Assembly (NCBI GenBank): GCA_001189215.1
Contig: LFCR01000004.1
Span: forward strand, 249,635-313,634
Direction of reading: 5' to 3'
Length of the DNA stretch: 64,000 bases
Source of the DNA: Parcubacteria bacterium C7867-008
Lineage (GTDB): Bacteria; Patescibacteriota; Minisyncoccia; Phycocordibacterales; Phycocordibacteraceae
In this document: positions 27,701 to 35,332 of the stretch, piece by piece
Position numbering within the stretch: the first letter of the stretch is position 1
Layout of the letters: each line of letters opens with the position of its first letter
Translations under genes and position numbers: made by a program
The notes under the pieces: model-generated
Told to the model about the DNA's origin: nothing
Database searches by the model: none
The model's input: the letters and a program-made list of their open reading frames with translations, nothing else

Positions 27701-27882
27701 ATAAGATGGCATTCGTTAAGTTTGAAGACAAAACTGATTCTATTGAAGGAGTTATCTTCCCGAAGATTTATCAAGAGCATGCTGCGCATTTAAATGTTGG
27801 TACATGTCTCTTGGTTAAAGCGACGGTATCTGGACGTAATGGAGAGACGTCACTTGCCGTAGAGAACTTAAAGGTGCTGTGA
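24721..27882 (+). CDS. dnaE: DNA polymerase III alpha subunit
   Basis: N-terminal PHP domain (FVHLHTHSHYSFLEA); polymerase core; 1053 aa. Confidence 0.93.
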   Translation: MSRFVHLHTHSHYSFLEALPKIPDLVKKAAEAEMPALALTDSGNMHGAVEFYKAMQKKGMNPILGVDAHVAPRTRHDKDPHLDAKRTRIVLLAENDEGYKNLLKLVSLAYTEGFFEKPRVDRELLRKHSAGLIAIIPSFAGDVARLLASGDANGAAAALAEYVSIFGTENLFLEITHHPKVPGHEDRMKKIIALGKSAGVEVVAQHDVYYLKPDDREATEVMRRIAYGSRGQNEEEDFSFVTEKQMNEWFAHIPDAVTRSGDIAARCKVTLDLGSWNFPNVQIPEGTTHEGELRKKTMDGLSMRGMELTEEVKQRMEYELEIIIGKGFAPYFLCVSDLLTHAKSKGILTTTRGSAAGSLVSYLTGITNVDPIAYKLPFERFLNPERPKAPDIDMDFADNRRDEMIAYAKEKYGEDHVAQIGTFGTMMARAAVRDVSRALGHAYGTGDRIAKLIPMGSQGFPMTIKRAMEMEPELKSLYEGDDDVREIIDLATRIEGCARHTGVHAAGVVIAPTPLTDWTPLQVDQRTGKLITQYDMHAVEEAGLLKFDFLGIKNLAILSDAIDRVRETRGMYIDIETIPVDDEKTFAMLARGDTEGLFQLNGSGMTRYLKELRPTTIHDINAMVALYRPGPMDVIPEYIQRKNNPKLIRYLDPRMEKFLDASYGLLVYQDDLLYCAVYLAGYSWGDVDKFRKAIGKKIPAEMAAQKEQFVEGIISNGRDKAFAEKLWLLFEPFQAYGFNKAHAACYGKVAYQTAYMKANYPVEYMAAVLTADAGDTESIAIFVEECERLGIPVLPPDINESGTDFTVVASTEGGPIDAIRFGLTTIKNFGEGISEAILSERMKGGPFNSLAEFLSRVANKSLNRKSLESLIKCGALDRFGERSDLLRNIETLLAFHRDATAEAPQDSLFGGMMAAPVLVLPPATESTSLSEMLIWEKDLLGIYVSGHPLDAHEASLAKASGSIATLKAEAQAGRPVILPVLLIEIRTLLTKKGDKMAFVKFEDKTDSIEGVIFPKIYQEHAAHLNVGTCLLVKATVSGRNGETSLAVENLKVL

Positions 27883-27919
27883 TATAGTCGCGACATCCCA
27901 ACCAAGGAGGGTTACGGGG

Positions 27920-28081
27920 ATGCGCACGAAGAGAAAAGCAACTGGTTCCAAGCGACATCGCGGACGGGTTGTGCGACGAAAGGTACGCCAGTTCCGCAAG
28001 CAGCTTCAGAGCCGAAACCCTCTGGGGGAACGACTTAAGCTGGAGTTTGGGAGACTTAAGCGTCGCTCATACTGGCGGTGA
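27920..28081 (+). CDS. Small highly basic protein (53 aa), possibly ribosomal-protein-like
   Basis: MRTKRKATGSKRHRGRVVRRKVRQFRKQLQSRNPLGERLKLEFGRLKRRSYWR. GGAGG RBS 9 nt upstream. Stop overlaps the thrS ORF opening. Confidence 0.4.
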   Translation: MRTKRKATGSKRHRGRVVRRKVRQFRKQLQSRNPLGERLKLEFGRLKRRSYWR

Positions 28082-28143
28082 GCCATGAACGAGGGGGCGG
28101 CCGCAGGGCCGCCCTTTTCCTTTATTATGGTATTCTCATCCCT

Positions 28144-29895
28144 ATGGTAACCCTCGAAGAAAAGCGTCATACATTGGCCCATTTACTTGCTGCAGCAGTG
28201 CAGGAACGCTACTCTCACGCAAAAGCAACCATTGGTCCAGCTATTGATAATGGCTTCTATTACGACTTTGATTTCTCGGGTGGTGAAGCTCCAAAAGAAG
28301 CAGATCTGATTGAACTTGAGAACACGATGCGTGAACTCCTTCCTTCTTGGGAGAAGATGATTGGCACAGAAGTATCTGAAGCAGACGCTCGCGCTCGCTT
28401 TGCGGGTAACGCATTTAAGTTAGAGATTATTGATGGCATCGTTGCTGCTGGAGAAAAAATAACTCTGTACACTGCCGGGGATTTCACCGATCTCTGCCGT
28501 GGTGGCCATAGTGAGCATCCTTCCAAAGACATTAAGTCTGATTCGTTCACTCTTGATCGTGTTGCCGGTGCATATTGGCGTGGTGACGAAACAAAGCCGA
28601 TGCTAACGCGCATTTATGGTCTGGCATTTGATACTAAAGAAGAAACAGAGGCCTATGTAGCTGAGCGTGAAGAAGCAAAGCAACGCGACCACAAGAAACT
28701 TGGTAAGGAACTCGATCTCTTCTTTATTGATGAGAAGGTTGGTAAGGGACTTCCCCTTTGGACACCGAAAGGTACTGCAGTGAAGTTTGAGATGGAGAAT
28801 TTTGCTCGTGCACTTGAACGTTCCTATGGGTATGAGCATGTCTCAACACCGTACCTAGGTGCTGAAGAACTGTATCGTACCTCTGGTCACCTCGATCACT
28901 ACAGCCACAACATGTATGCGCCAATCGATATGGATGGTGATACGTTCTACCTCCGGCCAATGGCCTGCCCGCATCACATTCGCATGTATCAGCGTAAGCC
29001 ATGGAGTTATCGTGATCTTCCGGTTCGCTATGCAGAGATTGCAGACTATAACCGCTATGAGAAGTCCGGTGAGCTTATGGGTATGATTCGTGTTCGTAAG
29101 TTCCAGCTTTCAGATGGTCACATCTTTGTTACTCCAGAAGGACTCAAGGAAGAGTTCAAGAACGTGTGCCGCATGATCGTTGAGGGCATGAAGGGTCTTG
29201 GTCTTATTGATATTGTTTCGTATCGCTTCTCTAAGCGTGACCCGAACAACAAAGAGAAATACTATCCAGACGATGAGTTATGGAACCATGCAGAAGCACT
29301 CATGAAGGAAGCCCTTGATGAACTTGGTTTCGACTATGTTGAAGCAGAAGATGAGGCAGCATTCTATGGCCCAAAGCTCGATGTGCAAGCACGCAATGTA
29401 AACGGTAAGGAGGACACACTCTTCACTGCACAAATGGACTTCCTCCTCCCTGAGAAGTTCGACATTGAATACACGGATGCTACCGGACAAAAGAAGCGTC
29501 CCGTTATGATTCACCGTTCAACGATTGGTAGCCTAGAACGAGTATTTGGTTTCCTAATAGAACACTATGGTGGCGCCTTCCCTACCTGGCTCGCACCAGT
29601 ACAGGTGAAGATTCTTCCTATTTCAGCTGAGAAGCATCTTGAGTATGGAAAAGAAATACTTGCGCAGCTTATTGATGCCGGTGTGCGTGCTGAACTCGAT
29701 GATGCCAGCGATTCATTAGGTAAACGTATTCGTGCAGCTAAAGGTGAGAAGGTTCCATATGTACTAGTAATTGGTGATTCAGAGACTGAGGCCAAAACCG
29801 TTACCGTTGAGAGTCGTGATAACGGCAAGCAAGATGCGGTACCAGTGAATGAGTTTGTGTCAGCGATTCAAAAAGAGATTACGGAACGAGCGTAG
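28144..29895 (+). CDS. thrS: Threonyl-tRNA synthetase lacking the N-terminal TGS/N1 domains (ORF opens at 28078)
   Basis: Starts in the editing/SAD region (HTLAHLLAAAVQ...IDNGFYYDF). Class II core with HRDLGKELDLF and an anticodon-binding domain. Confidence 0.88.
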   Translation: MVTLEEKRHTLAHLLAAAVQERYSHAKATIGPAIDNGFYYDFDFSGGEAPKEADLIELENTMRELLPSWEKMIGTEVSEADARARFAGNAFKLEIIDGIVAAGEKITLYTAGDFTDLCRGGHSEHPSKDIKSDSFTLDRVAGAYWRGDETKPMLTRIYGLAFDTKEETEAYVAEREEAKQRDHKKLGKELDLFFIDEKVGKGLPLWTPKGTAVKFEMENFARALERSYGYEHVSTPYLGAEELYRTSGHLDHYSHNMYAPIDMDGDTFYLRPMACPHHIRMYQRKPWSYRDLPVRYAEIADYNRYEKSGELMGMIRVRKFQLSDGHIFVTPEGLKEEFKNVCRMIVEGMKGLGLIDIVSYRFSKRDPNNKEKYYPDDELWNHAEALMKEALDELGFDYVEAEDEAAFYGPKLDVQARNVNGKEDTLFTAQMDFLLPEKFDIEYTDATGQKKRPVMIHRSTIGSLERVFGFLIEHYGGAFPTWLAPVQVKILPISAEKHLEYGKEILAQLIDAGVRAELDDASDSLGKRIRAAKGEKVPYVLVIGDSETEAKTVTVESRDNGKQDAVPVNEFVSAIQKEITERA

Positions 29896-29896
29896 C

Positions 29897-29942
29897 GAAA
29901 AAGAAAGCACCGGAACTAGAGGTTCCGGTGCTTTTTCTTTCG
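29897..29942. terminator. Rho-independent terminator after thrS
   Basis: aaagcaccggaactagaggttccggtgctttttctttcg. Confidence 0.8.
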
Positions 29943-29955
29943 CCCCACAGAACCC

Positions 29956-30195
29956 TCATTCTAGATTGCGTCTCGAAGAGACGATCAGTTCCCGGCTGAA
30001 TGCTTCCGTGGTCTTGTTGACGGTGCTCGTCATTTGCACTCCAGTGTCGCGGATCGAGTCATCGTACGCAAACCCGATCGTTACGAGGAGTACAGAAAGT
30101 CCTGCAATAATCCATCCCCAGGGCAGAGAAGGGACCATGGGACTGGGTGGCTGGCGCGGGTCGTAGAACCTCTTAAGATCTGGACGTTCGCTCAT
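29956..30195 (-). CDS. Small hypothetical membrane protein (79 aa)
   Basis: One TM segment (WGWIIAGLSVLLVTIGFAY). Confidence 0.35.
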   Translation of the reverse strand: MSERPDLKRFYDPRQPPSPMVPSLPWGWIIAGLSVLLVTIGFAYDDSIRDTGVQMTSTVNKTTEAFSRELIVSSRRNLE

Positions 30196-30256
30196 CTGCG
30201 TTCCCTGTTGTTTGGCATTACTGCCCTGTCTAAGACGGTACTCCTGTTTGTATAAA

Positions 30257-30296
30257 AAGAAAGCGCCCGCAGTGCGGACGCTTTCTTTTTATTAAC
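30257..30296. terminator. Rho-independent terminator
   Basis: aaaaagaaagcgcccgcagtgcggacgctttctttttatt. Confidence 0.75.
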
Positions 30297-30299
30297 GGT

Positions 30300-32465
30300 T
30301 TATCCGTTCACAATCGCAAGTGCACGAGTTGCTGCAAGCTTTGCGCCAGTCATACCAGCGGAGTAGCTTGAATCGATAGCGGTTGCAAGAGACGAGACGA
30401 GACGCTCGAGGAAGTTCGTTGCACAGTCTGAGGTGATGCGTGCAATCTCTGGGTGACACGGAGTGCCGTCCATACGTGCACGATAGGCATCATCAAGTGC
30501 ACAGACTGCATGTGCAAGGAATTCCTGTGCATCACCACCCGTACGATTTACGGTACGAAGGGTGCCGAATACCTGTTCACGATCTCCTGAAAGGAGTGCG
30601 CCAAGGAAGCCGGAGATATCATCTGAATACGTGAGTACTTCTGTGGGTGCAGTAACAGGTGTTGGTGCTACCTGAGGCAGTACTTCTTCCTGAACCACTG
30701 GCTTTGCGGTACGTGGTGCCATGTCTCCATCATACGATGGTACTGATGTCTCTTGTACCTGTTCTAGGTGAGGAGTGAATACCATACCTGACTCGCGGGA
30801 TAGACCTTTTACAATGTCATCAATCGTGAGTGCTTCACCAGACGCAAAGGACTTGAATCCATGCTGCTGGAGCTGTTGTGCCGGAGCCTGTGGAGCTGCT
30901 GCGATCTGTACTGGCTCGATGTGTGCAACTGGAGCAGGTTCATATGTTGGAACAGGTTCAGGTGCGTATACCGGCTCAGGTTCAACTGCCGTGTCTGCGT
31001 TGATTGCTTCCTGTACGTTTGCACCGAATGTCTTAGCACGACGCAGTAGCAGTGGCATACCTGCAAAGAGTATCAGGTATGCTGCTGCACCGCTCCAAAG
31101 CACGAGAGTGATCCAGTAGATCGCAGTGCCAACCGGACCAAGCTCTAGACCGGTATACGGAATCTGAGAGAGGTACACGGATGCAAGTGGCTGTGAGGAT
31201 GCGAGCGTTACGTGCGGACGACTACGCCCACCTCCGCCATGACCTCCACCTCCGCCACCTCCTCCACTATCAGTGTTAATGGTGACTTCCGCCTTACACT
31301 TCGGGTTCGAGGTATCACCAGGAACACTCAGTTGATATGAGGTGTTTGATGTTGGATTAACAACCTTAGTACCGTTAAGTGGTACGGTCTCACCATTAAG
31401 AGTTGCAGACGTTACGTCCTGTGTAGTCCAGGTAAGGAGAACAGCATCACCTTCATCGACAGAAGTCTTGTCTGCGGTAAGCAGTACACACTTTCCGCTA
31501 CCTCCGCCTCCTCCAGGAGGAGTTGTTGGTGGTGTGTTAGTAACAGTTACGGTAACTGTACAAGGATTGCTTCCAACAGCATCAGGCACGGTTGCGACAT
31601 ACGTAGTGTTTGCACTAACAGGAGTAACAGCAACTGATCCAAATGGAATCTGCGTAAAGGTACCAACACCATTGTTGATGGTTATTGATGTCGCATTCGC
31701 AGATGTCTGCCATGAGAGCTGTACCGTCTCACCTGGAGTGATGTTTGTCTTACTTGCACTCAGCGCAAGACACTTGGGTACTTCAGGTATTACTGGTGGG
31801 ATAACTGGTGGGATAACTGGTGGAATTACTGGTGGAATTACTGGTGGAATTACTGGAGTGGTTGGAATTTCCGGCGGAGTCGTAATAATTGGAGGTTGTA
31901 GTGGAATTTCCGGCGGCACTAGTGGTGTTGTTGGTAGCGTACAACACGGAGGCGTGTCGATGATTACTGGGGGTGTTGGAGGGACCTCGGGAGGCACTAT
32001 CGGTGTAGTCGGCAGAGTACAACACGGAGGGGTATCAACAATAACGGGTGGTGGCAGAACAGGCTCCTCTATAACGGGAGGAGTGGTTGGTAGCGTACAA
32101 CACGGGGGTGTGTCTACGATCACTGGCGGAGGAAGCACAGGTGGCTCTGGGACCGGAGGTGTTGTTGGGATAGTACAACACGGAGGTGTGTCGACAATAA
32201 CCGGTGGTGGAAGTGCCGGTGGTTCTGGTTCTGGCGCTGGAGGTAGCGGAATTGGTGGAGGCGGTAGCGGAATTGGTGGAGGTGTTGTTGGGATAGTACA
32301 ACACGGAGGGGTATCAAATACCTGAGCCATCACCTTATCTGGTGATGTAATACCCGTAGCAAATGCTACGGTCATACCAACTGAAAGTACAGCGAGCACT
32401 GCGAACAACCCCGTTCGAAACGGATGCACCTGCGCGCGTGGGTTGTGTTCTTGTGTAGACTCCAT
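30300..32465 (-). CDS. Large Pro-rich repeat surface protein (721 aa): signal peptide, 6x DTPPCCT[IL]PTTP repeats, Ig-like domains, IPYTG + TM helix, long C-terminal intracellular domain
   Basis: N-terminal hydrophobic leader. Repeats DTPPCCTIPTTPP... and PPVIPPVIPPVIPPVIPPVIP. A Gly run SGGGGGGGGHGGGG. IPYTGLELGPVGTAIYWITLVLWSGAAAYLILFAGMPLLLRRAK is followed by about 280 more residues. Confidence 0.7.
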   Translation of the reverse strand: MESTQEHNPRAQVHPFRTGLFAVLAVLSVGMTVAFATGITSPDKVMAQVFDTPPCCTIPTTPPPIPLPPPPIPLPPAPEPEPPALPPPVIVDTPPCCTIPTTPPVPEPPVLPPPVIVDTPPCCTLPTTPPVIEEPVLPPPVIVDTPPCCTLPTTPIVPPEVPPTPPVIIDTPPCCTLPTTPLVPPEIPLQPPIITTPPEIPTTPVIPPVIPPVIPPVIPPVIPPVIPEVPKCLALSASKTNITPGETVQLSWQTSANATSITINNGVGTFTQIPFGSVAVTPVSANTTYVATVPDAVGSNPCTVTVTVTNTPPTTPPGGGGGSGKCVLLTADKTSVDEGDAVLLTWTTQDVTSATLNGETVPLNGTKVVNPTSNTSYQLSVPGDTSNPKCKAEVTINTDSGGGGGGGGHGGGGRSRPHVTLASSQPLASVYLSQIPYTGLELGPVGTAIYWITLVLWSGAAAYLILFAGMPLLLRRAKTFGANVQEAINADTAVEPEPVYAPEPVPTYEPAPVAHIEPVQIAAAPQAPAQQLQQHGFKSFASGEALTIDDIVKGLSRESGMVFTPHLEQVQETSVPSYDGDMAPRTAKPVVQEEVLPQVAPTPVTAPTEVLTYSDDISGFLGALLSGDREQVFGTLRTVNRTGGDAQEFLAHAVCALDDAYRARMDGTPCHPEIARITSDCATNFLERLVSSLATAIDSSYSAGMTGAKLAATRALAIVNG

Positions 32466-32604
32466 AGATTCAGTTGATTCGCTCTGGTAAATAATGATTG
32501 GTGAAATAAGCCCCTGCCGCTTGTGCGGCGTACAAAAAAGGGAGAGTAGTGGCGGCGGGTTGTTTCAAGACCCGCCGCACACCAAGATGAAGTTACCTTC
32601 TCGA

Positions 32605-33645
32605 TCAGTTGAACGTGAAGGGCGTCGCGATCAGGCGATGCTCAGGCCCATAGGACCCGGTGGCCGCCTTGCCATTCGAGTAGAGCGGCTTTCCGTCCGG
32701 CTTCTCGAGGTCGACGCAGGCGATCACGACCTGCCACTGCAGGTCAGGTGGCCCGAAGATGCTGACCGTCTGTTCTTCTTCAACGAAACGGACTTCGTTG
32801 CTGCCAACCCCCGAATTCACATCGAGGTTCTTGACCGAAGTGATGGTGCCGTCGTCGATCAAGCGAAGGACGTGAGCTTCCGGTTCGCGGAAGCTGCAGT
32901 TCTTGGACTCGCAGTCCTTGCTGAAAGGCTTCTTCTGCCCACCGGGCAGTTGAATCGTCAGCGGACACTTACTGAGCGTCTTGAGGTCATGGTCTCCCAC
33001 CACCTCGTAACGGAACACGCGCGAGCGCGGCGGAAGGCGATAGACGAGCTCCACGCAGTGGATCTCGACGACGACTCCCTCCGGTTCATGGTGTTCACCA
33101 CGCTTCGGGTTAGAGCAGTCCGGGAACATAACGTTGTCGCCGTTGTGCCAGATATAGGTCTCGGTCGGAGAGAGCTTGCGGTGCATGCAGCCGAGGATGG
33201 TTTGATATCCGCCGTCCTGCGCATGCAGGCAGTCCATGCTCCACTCGGTCGCGCGTTCTGCGGCAGTGGGCACTCGCCGCTGGAAGTGCTCGACGTAGGC
33301 GATCGTTCCTTCGAGGGTCAGGCCGGGTGCTTTGACCCGGAAAGATTCCCAGTAGTTCCGAATGCTGGCGCAAGACCCATCGGTCTTGCAGCGTTCGGGA
33401 TCGATCACGGCGTTGTAGTCGCTGGTGCGCTTGTAGACCGCGCGCATCTTCTTGGCCAGATCTTGCGGGGACGTGTTGCCCCGAAGAAACGGCAGATTGT
33501 GCTCGCGCTGTGACGTGGAAGTCACTTCCGCGAGAATCGAAGAAGACACGGCAGTGACTGCCATGCGTTCCGCCATCGTCCCTGCAGACGCCGCCCCCGC
33601 CGTGAAGGCGAAGAGCAGCGCCAGGGCGGTGAGCTTGAGCTTCAT
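32605..33645 (-). CDS. Secreted hypothetical protein (346 aa) encoded by markedly GC-richer DNA
   Basis: Signal peptide MKLKLTALALLFAFTAGAASA. GC-rich third codon positions (ctc/gcc/ctg/gcg) unlike neighbours. Multiple Cys. Confidence 0.55.
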   Translation of the reverse strand: MKLKLTALALLFAFTAGAASAGTMAERMAVTAVSSSILAEVTSTSQREHNLPFLRGNTSPQDLAKKMRAVYKRTSDYNAVIDPERCKTDGSCASIRNYWESFRVKAPGLTLEGTIAYVEHFQRRVPTAAERATEWSMDCLHAQDGGYQTILGCMHRKLSPTETYIWHNGDNVMFPDCSNPKRGEHHEPEGVVVEIHCVELVYRLPPRSRVFRYEVVGDHDLKTLSKCPLTIQLPGGQKKPFSKDCESKNCSFREPEAHVLRLIDDGTITSVKNLDVNSGVGSNEVRFVEEEQTVSIFGPPDLQWQVVIACVDLEKPDGKPLYSNGKAATGSYGPEHRLIATPFTFN

Positions 33646-33757
33646 CTCTTTTCTCCCTGTTGCCGCCCCGTAGGGCGGACTGGTGAAAGGTTCAGGTTTC
33701 CCTCCCTTGCGGGTGAGTCTCGTACAATTGCTTGCAACGAGCGATCTGACCAGAGCA

Positions 33758-34417
33758 CTAGGCTCCGATCAGGTCGCTCTTCACAAGGTTCGCCGTAACG
33801 ACGAAGCGATCAGACTTGGTACCGAATGAGTTACAGGTTGCAAGAGTAAGCTTGCTTCCAGTAACGACGAGCGGAATTGAGTCAGACTCTGCATCTGCCT
33901 TTACGACGGTCTCAACGGCATATTCATACACATGGTCTGAACCAATGACCTTGATACGGTCGCCGGGCTTCAGATCCTGAATGCCATCGAAGGCCTTGAA
34001 TGCGGGATTGTTCACAATCGGCAGATAACTTGAGTGGCCAAATATGATTACATTCCCTGCCTCCCCAAGATTTGATGAAGACGGGTATCGGACAGCACCT
34101 TTGAGGAGTGCGTTGTCCAACACCGATACTTCAGATGAATCTGGGTTCGATACAGTAACAGAGAGCTTGATACTTGGGATCTCAATCTTGGTAGGTGACT
34201 CCGGACGAGTAGTTACGGCCTGTATAGCAGATGCTGTCAGGTTGGTAGCTACTTTTACCGGAGCCACAGGAACGAGATCCAGAGCAATAAGGGAGCTATA
34301 TGAGGTGAGGAATACCAATGCGAAAGCAACCATGAAGCTCCACTTCTTGGTTGAAACCTTCTGCCCGGCCTGCACGCTCTTAGCGGCGACCTTGATTATT
34401 GGTCCTTTTGTTGCCAT
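33758..34417 (-). CDS. Sortase-family transpeptidase
   Basis: N-terminal TM anchor; catalytic motifs IIFGHS (His) and TLATC (Cys, TLxTC) with a downstream Arg (RFVVTANL). Confidence 0.75.
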   Translation of the reverse strand: MATKGPIIKVAAKSVQAGQKVSTKKWSFMVAFALVFLTSYSSLIALDLVPVAPVKVATNLTASAIQAVTTRPESPTKIEIPSIKLSVTVSNPDSSEVSVLDNALLKGAVRYPSSSNLGEAGNVIIFGHSSYLPIVNNPAFKAFDGIQDLKPGDRIKVIGSDHVYEYAVETVVKADAESDSIPLVVTGSKLTLATCNSFGTKSDRFVVTANLVKSDLIGA

Positions 34418-34518
34418 ATCGTCTTACTCATATTTACATCATAAGAACACTGTTGTCAAGCCCTGCTTCATATTCTGATACTTGACACTATATAGTGAAC
34501 GTGGTAAACACTACATAT

Positions 34519-35286
34519 ATGGAAACGATTACAAAGACCACGATCACCCGCGACCCACGTCGCCTATACGCTATCCAAGCACTTGCCGTGGTAGGTTTTA
34601 TCACACTTATCATCATGGGTATCGTGCTTGCTATCTATACCGCACGCTTCGTACCAGACGCAGTTAACCGCGTTGGTTCTGCAGCGGTATACCTTTCTCA
34701 GGTATTCTCACCTAGTGACGATGAGAATCTTACCGTTGTCCCCCAGATTCCTTTCGAGAACGTAGTAGCATCTACAACCACAGCAACGACTACAATTCCT
34801 GCTACCCCTGTAGCAACAGTCATCCCGGGTGGAGCTACGCCTGCAGCAGTAAATCCTGGTCCTCGCACCACAACCACCTACCCTGTTGGCGCTGGCTCCA
34901 ACGCTCCCCTTTCAGGAAAGTCTGATCTTACGGTCTCAATCACTCAGACCGGATATCTCACCTCAGATTCAACAGACTCATTTATTTCAAGTAAGTCTGT
35001 TCCTGACAACAAGAATGCTGCAGTGAAGTTCACTGTTACAAATACAGGAACTAACACTACGGGCGCATGGGAGTTCCGTGCTGAGCTTCCTACCACTTCA
35101 AGCTACACTTTCAATTCAGCTTCACAGCAGTCACTACGACCTGGAGAGAAGATTGATTATGTGCTTGGGTTTGATCGCGCACGTTCAGGCGACCGTACCA
35201 TCACCATCACGGTTGATAGCGGTAGCGATGTAAACGAATCAAACGAAGGAAATAACAGCGACTCTGAATCAATTACGATCAAGTAA
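34519..35286 (+). CDS. Membrane-anchored CARDB-domain protein (ORF opens at 34495)
   Basis: N-terminal TM, Thr/Pro-rich linker, C-terminal CARDB-like signature ...ITVDSGSDVNESNEGNNSDS. Confidence 0.6.
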   Translation: METITKTTITRDPRRLYAIQALAVVGFITLIIMGIVLAIYTARFVPDAVNRVGSAAVYLSQVFSPSDDENLTVVPQIPFENVVASTTTATTTIPATPVATVIPGGATPAAVNPGPRTTTTYPVGAGSNAPLSGKSDLTVSITQTGYLTSDSTDSFISSKSVPDNKNAAVKFTVTNTGTNTTGAWEFRAELPTTSSYTFNSASQQSLRPGEKIDYVLGFDRARSGDRTITITVDSGSDVNESNEGNNSDSESITIK

Positions 35287-35289
35287 GCA

Positions 35290-35330
35290 AAAGAAAAGCC
35301 ACCCGGCTCATGCCGGGTGGCTTTTCTTTT
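35290..35330. terminator. Bidirectional terminator between convergent genes
   Basis: aaagaaaagccacccggctcatgccgggtggcttttctttt. Confidence 0.8.
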
Positions 35331-35332
35331 AT

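Noticed and set aside
31342-32325. 327-aa plus-strand ORF with GITGGITGG repeats
   Set aside because: It is the reverse-complement reading of the PPVIPPVIP / DTPPCCT repeat region of the 721-aa minus-strand surface protein. It is a repeat-driven artefact.
32494-33513. 339-aa plus-strand ORF
   Set aside because: Antisense to the GC-rich secreted-protein gene. Long open frames are expected opposite high-GC3 coding sequence. It has no RBS or motif, while the minus-strand frame has a signal peptide.
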